Assembly (NCBI GenBank): GCA_036785375.1 | Contig: JAWMAR010000016.1 | Coordinates: 8,990,001-9,054,000 of the forward strand | Source: Leucoraja ocellata | Lineage: Eukaryota | DNA length: 64,000 nt | Direction of reading: 5' to 3' | Shown here: positions 54,891 through 64,000 of the stretch, piece after piece | How the letters are laid out: every line of letters starts with the position of its first letter | Numbering within the stretch: position 1 is the stretch's first letter | Notes under the pieces: generated by a model | The model's database searches: none | The model's input: only the letters and a program-made list of their open reading frames with translations | Told to the model about the DNA's origin: nothing | Position numbers and translations under genes: made by a program

Positions 54891-55920
54891 TTACAGCATC
54901 TGCAGTCTCTTGTGTCTCCACCTTCCTCCAGTGTGACTGGTGGATGTACAGGCTCTCACAAATTTTAAGGCGAATCGAGAAATGGAGTTAGAGCAGCAGA
55001 TCTTTTCTGATGCTGTCATTTCAAGAGATTGAAAATGTATGAAGGCCACTATAGTGCCTTTACAGTGCAGTTTAGTTTATTGTCACGTGTACCGAGGTAC
55101 AGTGATAAGCTTTTGTTGCGTGCTAACCAGTCGGCAGAAAGACAACACATGATTACAATCGAGCCATTTACAGTGTATAGGTACATGATAAAGGAATGAC
55201 GTTTACTGCAAGGTAAAGCCAGCAAAGTCCGATCAAGGATAGTCCGAGGGTCACCAAAAAGGTAGATAGTAGTTCAGCACTGCTCTCTGGTTGTGGTAGG
55301 ATGATTCAGTTGCCTGATAACAGCTGGGAAGAAACTGTCCCTGAATCTGGTGTTGTGTGTTTACACACTTCACCAGCGTTATTATTCCAGCAGTCACTAT
55401 TCTTTGTTCTGATGTTTAAAATCCAACCCATGACGATGGAAGATAACAAGCAGAACCCAAGCATCAGCACAAGGGAACGGCATCTGCCCACGCCATGTCT
55501 GCATTCCAGAGATATATATGTGACCAAAAATGCAGATTGTCTTCTGTATGAATATATTGCATTTTCAGGAATTGTATTAAATTCAGCAACTTCAGGTATT
55601 TTGCTTTCTATCAGAATTAGCCAGTAGGGTGGTAGGTGCATGGAACAAGCTGCCATAGGAGGTAGTTGAGGCAGGGACTCTACCAACGTTTAAGAAACAG
55701 TTAGACAGGCACATGGATTGGACAGGTTTGAAGGGACATGGACGAAACGTGTGCAGATGGGACTAGTGTAGCTGAGACATGTTGGCCGGGGTGGGCAAGT
55801 TGGGCCAAAGGGCCTGTTTCCACTCTTCATCACTCTAAGACTATGAAAAAGGGGGACTATTTTTCTCTCTCCACTGACACTGTCTGATCTGCCGGGCATT
55901 TCTTATGGTTCCAACCTGCA

Positions 55921-56180
55921 AGGCGACAGATAGCACAATGGGCTAAGAGTTCGGCTGGCGACCGGAAGGTAGCCGGTTCAAATCCCGCTTGGAGTGCATA
56001 CTGTCGTTGTGTCCTTGGGCAAGACACTTCACCCACCTTTGCCTGTAATGGAATGGCGGCAGGCGCGGGCACACCGCGACGCCCTGTGTCTCCCTTTCAA
56101 GGGAGATGCTAAAAATGCATTTCGTTGTCTCTGTACTGTACACTGACAATGACAATAAATTGAATCATTTCATTTCATTT
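55921..56180 (+). mobile_element. Distinct tRNA-derived SINE with CORE-like body and Rex1/Babar-type tail
   Basis: B box GGTTCAAATCC; TGTGTCCTTGGGCAAGACACTTCACCC (CORE-like); tail ATTTCGTTGT...ACAATGACAATAAA followed by (CATTT)n. Confidence 0.65.
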
Positions 56181-57255
56181 TTTTTTCATTTCCCAGCTTT
56201 TACATGGTCCTTTGTCATGTTTTCACTTTTTTAACCTCTCCTTTTAACATATTAACCAGATAGCTTCACCAACAGCCTTATTACCTCGGTAACTCTGCCT
56301 CACCATATTGGACATATTCCTTTTTTCCTATCCATGCTTCTCCCATCCTTTCTGTTACTCAAAACTAACCTTTTTCTCTATTTCCCAGTTCTGAAGAGTG
56401 GGTTTTTAACATGAAACATTAATGGGTGACGTTTCAGCTCGAGACCCTTCTTCAGACAAATGTCACCTATTCCTTCTCTCCAGAGATGTTGCCTGTCCCG
56501 CTGAGTTACTCCAGCTTTTTGTGTCTATCTTCAGTTTAAACCAGCATCTGCAGTTCCTTCCTACACATGAAACATTAATACTTTATTTCTATCTGTAGAT
56601 GCTGCTTGACATGCTGAGAATTTTCAGCATTTTCTTTAGTTTAGTTTAGAGATACAGTGCGGAAACACCGAGTCCGCGCCGACCAGCAATCCCCGCACAT
56701 TAACACTATCCTACACACACAACACACTAGGGAAAATTGTTACATTTACCAAGCCAATTTTATTTCGGAGTCACGTAAGTAATTCCGTGAAGATCCCAGC
56801 CCAGTGCGCATGTGCGGCATAATCGCACAGCTGTGCAGAACGCGGCCAGCGGATACTCCTACCCCAGTGCTATTGCACTAGCCATCTCCCTTGTCGAGGG
56901 ATTGATGCAACAGCGGAGTTTGAGCTATGCCTCCTCCAATTTATAGCACACCCTTTTGCTCCCTCTTTTGAGGCTAGCTAAGGAGGCCAGGGCTGGGCTG
57001 GCTTAAACGCTGGGCAGGCGGACGAGAACAGCAGTATGCCAGGGGAGCAGGATCAGGAAGAGCTACTGGGTGTCGTGGGCCACTACATGGCTCCTCCACG
57101 CGACCATCTTCCCAACAAAGCCCTGCAGGAGCAGGCCTTTCTAGAGGCAAATCCGCAGGCAGCTGGGTCAGCAGACTCGCAGACAAGCAGCGAATTCTGA
57201 AGCTCCTAACAGAAGGGTCAAGATGTTACCGCCTTTGCTCGTTTTTCCACGGATC

Positions 57256-57386
57256 ATACTCACCTGGCAGGCGAGACGCCATGATCACCAAGGTGGTTCT
57301 CCCAGAATGAGACTTTCCCGTTGCACTACCAGGGTGCTGACGCCTAAGATATTCCCAAATTTGGGATACTCGACTGAACAATGGTG
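57256..57386 (+). ncRNA. U1 snRNA-derived sequence (about nt 1-130, 3'-truncated, Sm site degenerate) inside the DIRS element; expression unknown
   Basis: ATACTCACCTGGCAGGCGAGACGCCATGATCACCAAGGTGGTTCTCCCAG...TTGCACT...GTGCTGAC...CCCAAATTTGGGATACTCGACTG aligns without gaps to vertebrate U1. I count about 95/120 identities against recalled human U1. Confidence 0.9.
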
Positions 57387-57759
57387 CATATAGACCTGCC
57401 CGCAACCCCAAATATACGGGGCTATGCAAACCGCTGCTGCGGGAAGAGAGGCAGCTAAACCTGTGCGCCTCATGAGGGCAGGCCATGGAACGAGCAGGAC
57501 ATCGCATCCAACACCCAGCTGGCAGCACCCCTCGGCATCCACCAGCAATATCAAACAAGGACTGGTGAAAGCCCGGCGACCGCTTCACATTACCCCCAAA
57601 GTTCTTTTTAGACAGGGGCCCAGAGCGGAGCCGTGGGAAAATGCGCCACCCCACCGACAGCACCAGCATACCAGCAAACTAGGCCTTCATGAAAAAACAA
57701 TAAACATGGAGGTAGGTAGTCTGGTTCCTCCCAGTTTACACTAAATAAGGGTGTTCTAC

Positions 57760-58217
57760 TAACTGCGGGGGGGGGGCATTTACACTTGTTGATAAAGCAT
57801 GGGATGCTGTCACAAATAACTAAAATATACTCAACAGTATTAGAGGATAAAAACGAATTCAAATTGGGCATATTACCGCCAGTTCAGCAATGCGCCCAAA
57901 GGGCATTTTCTCCCTCTAAGAAAAGAGAAGTGAGAAGGTCAAGCTGAACTAGAAAGGCTCATTACTAAACGGATCATGGGAGTAAAACATGAACCATTGG
58001 AATTTGTATCGAATATATTCACCAAAACTACAAAAGATGGTGAATGTAGCATCATCATTGATCTAATATCACTAAATAAATCTGTTGAGTATATACACTT
58101 TAAGATGGAGACGGGTTTTTGTCACTGCCAGACATCTGATCTCCCAAGGATACCTATGGGGAGCATTGATATGGAAGATGCTAACTATCATTATAGGATC
58201 ATTATAGATACCTAAAA

Positions 58218-58251
<34 letters not shown>

Positions 58252-59400
58252 TTTACCTGGATAATGGATATCCCGGTTAGGGCAACCATGGGAGCATAGA
58301 GCATTCCCTATGGTCTAACCTCAGCCCTAAACTATTATAAATATTTAAAAAATGGCCATGAAAATATTAAGAAAACAAGCACAATCATGGCATATATTGG
58401 ATGATATCCTCATATTAGGGGAAACAAAGGAATTAGCTGTGGCAGCAGTTCTAGCTACGAAACAGCTCCCTAAAGCTCTGAGGTTTATCCCACGCCCAGA
58501 TAAACCAGAATTGAAGCGTTAACTACCAAGGATTATCTGGGCTTCAATAATAATTCCGTCCATATGACTGTTACTTTGCCAAGATACTTGGGTCACTATA
58601 ATCAAATCATGAATGTACCCACTGAAGCTATATCACAATTAAGGTGATGGGCAGACATATATTTGGCATAGTTTTCAGCCCTATTATCATCACCAATCCC
58701 AACTTGGTTATTAAAAACCGATGCCAGTACTTTAGGCTGGGGAGCAACTAAACTCCATATCCAGCACAGGTAACAGATGGACCAATTCACAAACATCGTT
58801 ACTACACATACCGGGCATCAACTACTTGGAATTGGTGATCGCCTATTGGGCTAAAAAGCATATGCATTTCAAATGCAGCACGTACGTATGTGGTTACGGA
58901 TTGATAATACTATGGTGGTGGCTTATATCAACCATATGGGGAGCATAATAATCATTATTGTGCAACAAATTGGTCAAACAAATCTGGCAATGGTGTGTCA
59001 AAAGACATTTTAACTATCAGCTGCCTATGTCCTAGGAAGCTAGAACACAGTGGGAGACACCATGTCACGGGGTAAAATTTATGATTACATTGAATAGATG
59101 TCAAACCCAAAATATCTGCTAAAGGTATTAAGCAGTTTGAAAGCCAGATATCAATTGGTTGCACAAGACGGAATCACCAGTAACCTATGTATGTGACTTA
59201 GGAACCAGATTAGAGGCAGCAGCGATAGATGCCTACACGCTGGAAGGGGGAATTTCTGCTTTGCCTTCCTCCCTTCTGCCTCATCAGACGGGCACTTCGC
59301 AATACAGATGGGATCTGTCTCCGAGATATTGAACGTGCCCGACCGGCCTACACAGCCATGGTTCCCAGTTCATCACGACACGGTGGGCGAGTCACCTATG
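57760..59400 (+). pseudogene. DIRS pol remnant (RT, RNase H, methyltransferase-like), frameshifted
   Basis: Peptides KDGECSIIIDLISLNKSVEYIHFKMET, MGSIDMEDANY (cf. MASIDLKDAYY), TDASTLGWG, IDNTMVVAYINHMG and PPFCLIRRAL, broken by stops, frameshifts and an A-run near 58214-58251. Confidence 0.85.
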
Positions 59401-59499
59401 GATTTCCCTAGTGGACCATGGTTGCTGACTCAACCCAGTATCAGGCACAAGCCACCCATGCCAGGGAAACATCAAACTCCTGGGTGCAGGTTTTGAATA

Positions 59500-60390
59500 G
59501 ACCTTACCAGGGACTGGGATTATCCAAAGGAACCATTACCACCATGTCGGCATCCCTGCGAACAGTCACTAAAAGCTAACATGGGTAAAATACTGCCACG
59601 ACGCAGGGACAACGAACTATTCAACCACTGACGTATTGGAGTTCCTGGAACATCTACACCATGACTAAAAGGTGAGTTACAGTGCCGTAAATACAGCATG
59701 GAGCGCCTTATCTGCTTATCTAAAACAGCATGTCAGCAGAGCATGGGATCCCATATCTCAGAGAAAGGCACCAGCCAGATCCCTCAGCTTGCTCAATCTA
59801 TGTTAAAAACGCTCATGCTTATGGCTCTAGTACACGTTCACAGAGTCCAGTCACTCCATAAGACTAGACTGGATAACATGGTGATTACCCCAGACGCATC
59901 ACGTTCATATTCTAGGTCTGGTAAAATCTAACTCGCAGGTATATGGGACTAGGCAAGGTTATGAGTTCGGCACGGACTAGTAGGGTCGAGATCGCCTGTG
60001 TTTTCCGTGCTGTAATCGTTATATGGCTATATGGACCAGGAACGCCCAATTCACTGGTGGGATTCCGGGCCTACCCACGAGAGTCCAGGTTGAGTGTGGT
60101 GACCCATCTACTACAATATATAGACACAACCCACAATCTTAGAGGGAGAGGAAAGCCTATGGGTCAACCACAGAAACCCCAAGACGGGGTACGAGCCAAA
60201 CCACTCCAAGGTGGCTCAAACAGGTACTGAAAGCTGCCGGAATAGATAATAATACATTTTAATCCCATTCCACTAGGGCAGCATTGGTATCAGCGGCTGA
60301 ACGAATGGACATCCCGGTTGACCACATTCTCAATACGGCAGAATGGTCAAGGGAACGACGTTCAGAACATTTTTTATTATAAACCGTTGA
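59500..60390 (+). pseudogene. DIRS tyrosine recombinase remnant
   Basis: LKTLMLMALVHVHRVQSLHKTRLDNM, then a SHSTRAA-like segment and SAAERMDIPVDHILNTAEWSRE, typical of the DIRS YR C-terminus; disrupted. Confidence 0.8.
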
Positions 60391-60603
60391 TAAACCTGAT
60401 TTAATTGCAGGAAGAATATTACAAACTGCAATATTAATTTAAGCTCAGGGAAGCTCTTTATGTTGTTATTGTTAACAAATACCTTTCTGTTTCTTGTGAA
60501 AGCAGATCCACTGGTTGATTACGATAACACTTCCTCCCTCAAAAACTTCGGCAGTGAGTGAAATAAAAACTGTTACACGGTTTGAAATCACAGACCTTTG
60601 AAG

Positions 60604-60716
60604 TCTTCACGGAATCACTCACGTGACTCCGAAGTAAAATAGTAAGATTAAACGAGTACTTACCAGTATGAAGTTTGATCTGTATTTTATGAGGAGTTAC
60701 GGTGAGGTATTACGTG
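60604..60716. repeat. DIRS internal complementary region (ICR)
   Basis: 60638-60716 is the exact reverse complement of 60865-60943 (79 nt). 60604-60640 is complementary to the left end 56757-56793 with 3 mismatches. Confidence 0.92.
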
Positions 60717-62450
60717 CCCGCCGCTCCCACCCTCAATATATAGATCAAACTAATAAACTGATGTCTCATGACCTTTACTATCTTACTTCAAATATTGTGT
60801 CTATCCTATGATTTCACACCGCTGCTTCGAAGTATGCCGCACATGCGCACTGCGCTGGGATCTTCACGTAATACCTCACCGTAACTCCTCATAAAATACA
60901 GATCAAACTTCATACTGGTAAGTACTCGTTTAATCTTACTATTAATCTACAAACCTGTATGGCTTTGGAGTGTGGGAGGAAACCGAAGATCTCGGAGAAA
61001 ATCTACGCAGGTCACGGGAAGAACGTACAAACTCCGTACAGACAGCACTGTGATCTGGGATCCGGCATTCGCTGTAATTCTGCATTCTGCGCCACAATTT
61101 CTGTTTTTATTATAAATCCACTTCACCATTGTAAATTAATTGTAAATCAACATAACATTTGCAATGTCAAAAAAACCTAAATCTGTCTTTTGACTACTAA
61201 ATATTAATGTAAATAAGATTTTAATTTAAATAAAGACATTCTCTAAAGAGTTAAACTGATAAGACATGTCATTTCGTTCTGATGTGGTGATTGAAGGGGA
61301 AGTCTGATCATGGTAATTTCAGGCCAAGAAAGTGAATGCAGAGAAGCTATTTGCTTTGCTGGGTTAAGGACAAATATTGGAACACGATTTTGAAAATTAT
61401 AGGTATGCCATTCAGGAGGAAAATCAGGGAGGACTTACCGATGAAAAGTAATGGGAGCCCAGGACGTGGTAATAAATGAAAGTCTTCCAGCAGCAGTGGA
61501 AAGGCAGCTATTAGCAGCAGCAGCAGCTATGGACTTTGTCAAGAGCCTCTGCCCCTCTCAATGATGCTCCCATCAGATAAAATCAGTGGAGCCTCGTGCA
61601 ATTAGAAATTAAATAGCCTGGGATATGGAAATAGTGAGCAAATAGATCAGCCTCATCGAGCTGAGAAGCAGGGCTATTTCACTGGAAAACAGGAACAATC
61701 AAAAGTAGGTTTTGCCTTATTTTCTCGCTGTTTACTTCCAATTTCTGCATTGAGTCCCACGAGTGCTCCAGAGTATGATCCACGCTGCACCAAAGCATCA
61801 CCTCAGGCTTTTCTTTGCTGCTGTTTCTAATCAGCAAACATCTGCTTTTCATCATTCGTATGTAATACCGCTTTGCTTCATGCAGCCAACCTGTGATCCC
61901 AAACTGCTTTTCGTGATTGCGCGCAGAGATGTTTTCACTTTCATTTTTAGAGCCTTTGAGTGTACTCTGTGCAGATTAAATTTCAAAGACCTCTCATGAA
62001 ACATCTACACTACCAATACCTAGCATTCATCAAGTGCCTTTTGCATTATCAAACATCCCCATGCACTCTGCGGAGTCAATATCAGCACGGCTTCTCAAAG
62101 CCGGTTATATAACAAGGTGGAATTGATCTTTTTTTAAGGTGCATTGAACACTTTGAAGGTACACCAAATCTTTGCACTGAAGTTTGGGATTGTTCTCTTA
62201 CCCTTCTAGTTTTCTCTCTCTTTTTTTTCTGCTGGGGTGCAGTGCCATAAACCAAAGTATTCACTAACAAAGGAACATACTGTAAGACTGTAATAAACTG
62301 GAGCAGGTCATTCTGCTCTGCCATTTAGTAAGATCCTGGCAATTCCAAACTTGGCCACAAAATACTTGCCCACTCTTTCCCCAAGCCCCTTGATTTCCTT
62401 AAACTTCAAGTATCTGAAATCTCTGCCTTGAATATGTTTGACTCTGCCTC

Positions 62451-62990
62451 TGTATTGTATTGTGTTGTATTGTATTGTATATCTTTATTGTCATTTTCCT
62501 GAGTACTCACATACCCAGAGGAAACAAAAAAATGTTGCTCAACCAGTGTCCATTCAGTGTGCAGTAAAAAATAAATAGAAATAAAAATACATATATCATG
62601 AACAAATGAACACTCTACTCTCTACTAAACATCAACAGGCGTTCCGATCGGCAGCAGCACGACTGTGGCTCTGCTGCAGTGTGTCCAGGTTGGTGGTTGG
62701 TGCGCGATACTTTGGCAGGGGGCAAAATCCGTTTATCAGTCTTATAGCCTGCGGGAAGAAGCTGAGGAGCATCCTGCTGGTTTTGCAGCTAATGCTCCTG
62801 TACCTCTTCCCAAATGGCAGGATGGAGAATATGTGATGCGATGGGTGGTAGGGATCTTTGATGATGGAGATGGCTCTGCTGATACATCTCTTCCTGTATA
62901 TGTCCAGCAGGAAAGGGAGTGGAGCACCAATAATCCTGCTGGCGGTCTTCACAATCCTGTCTAGTTGGTGCCGTTCGTACGCCTTGCAGC
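62451..62990 (-). mobile_element. Rex1/Babar LINE 3' fragment
   Basis: KTASRIIGAPLP...IIKDPYHPSHHIFSILPFGKRYRSISCKTSRMLLSFFPQAIRLIN is the Rex1/Babar C-terminus; (ATACA)n tail. Related 3' ends lie at about 41800-42050 and 55070-55370. Confidence 0.85.
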
Positions 62991-64000
62991 TCTAGCTGTA
63001 GCTCTCAGAAGTAAAGAATACTATAGATTCATGACCTTCGGACAGAAGAAATTCCTCCTGAAGGAGGAGGATTATACTTGAACTGGAGGGGAACCAATAT
63101 CCTGGCAGGTAGGTCTGCTGGTGCCACTTGGGTAGGTTTAAACTAGATCGGTAGGGGACAGGATCTAATGCAGGACTGGGGCAGGTGAGAGGCTGGATGT
63201 CAGTATGGAAGATAGAGTCATAGAGTAATAACAGTGTGCAAACAGGCCCTTGGGCCCAATTTTCCCACACCGGCCAACAAGTCCCAACTCCACTAGTCCC
63301 ACCTGCCTGCATTTGGTCCATATCCCTCCAAACCTGTCCCGCAAATACGGCAGGTGATGAAAGACAGGATTGTCATGCGCAGGGCAGAAGGGAGAAGGGG
63401 TTTTTTAAAGCTTTAAATGTTTGAAGGCTCATTTAACATGGGGTGAGGGAAACCACATCCAAATCAGATCCCATTATCATCATCATCTTCAATGCATGTG
63501 CAGATTCCAAAGGGTTACAGGATGGTAATACAGAGCAGGACATTGGGATTTAACCCATGCAAGCACCAAATAATTTGGGAATGTCCAGAGTGATTAGAGA
63601 ACAGAGCATAAATCCCGCACATCTTATTTTTGAATTTTATTTGCTCTATTTTTCTGGCTGGGGTTTGCCAAGGCATGCATGCCATTTTCTTCCCCAGAGT
63701 CCCACCTAGTGCCCTTATTCAGATGGAGCTCTGGAGAGCAAATGTAAAGAGTATGTCAACTCTAGACGGGGTATAAACAGAGTAATTAAAACTGGTCATG
63801 AAATAACACGTGCACTCACAGAACCAGCGCATAAGTGGATGTTCGGAGCAGGAGGAATAGTCTTGCCAAGGACTCTGACCCTCTCAATATCACTCCCATA
63901 GGAAATGATCGATGAAGGCTGCACTGATGAGGAATTAAATGTGGGTTTATGGATTAAGAGAGATGACTTCTTCTGCATGTTGTGTTATTTATAAATCAAT

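Larger units (their letters stand above)
56757..60943 (+). mobile_element. DIRS1-type tyrosine-recombinase retrotransposon with degenerate ORFs
   Basis: Inverted terminal repeats at 56786-56821 and 60833-60868 (1 mismatch in 36). An internal complementary region at 60604-60716 pairs with both outer ends. ATT occurs at both junctions. Broken RT, RNase H, methyltransferase-like and YR motifs lie in DIRS order. The element interrupts a V-SINE. Confidence 0.93.

Noticed and set aside
57180-57255. snRNA promoter (PSE) upstream of the U1-like sequence
   Set aside because: No PSE-like motif at about -50 to -65; the region looks gag-derived.
57402-57427. CCCC/GGGG hairpin as a replacement U1 stem-loop IV
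   Set aside because: The segment reads as a gag-like peptide (NPKYTGLC) and there is no intact Sm site before it, so it is probably incidental.
23185-64000. SYT6 exon 1 (Cys-containing N-terminus) and a REST/NRSE site
   Set aside because: No convincing match was seen.

Overview
Repeat-dense vertebrate genomic DNA, most likely from a skate or ray (inferred from HE1-like V-SINEs with (TAAAC)n tails and CR1/HER1-like LINEs). The only host gene I can support is synaptotagmin-6 (SYT6) on the minus strand: a 346-bp transmembrane/linker exon (22839-23184) and a 559-bp C2A exon (12532-13090). I could not find exon 1 or the downstream exons, so the rest of the window is probably intronic. The introns hold V-SINEs, CR1, Rex1/Babar, L2 and RTE fragments, Penelope-like elements with hammerhead-like motifs, Harbinger and hAT MITEs, a solo LTR and a 4.2-kb DIRS-type tyrosine-recombinase retrotransposon. 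Two features stand out. (1) The DIRS element has intact termini but decayed ORFs, and carries a diverged U1 snRNA copy (about nt 1-130) inside gag-like sequence. (2) A 173-bp TSD-flanked retroposon begins with a compact CPEB3/HDV-like ribozyme fold on the SYT6 sense strand. All calls were made by eye against recalled consensus sequences; repeat boundaries are approximate unless a TSD or TIR is quoted.
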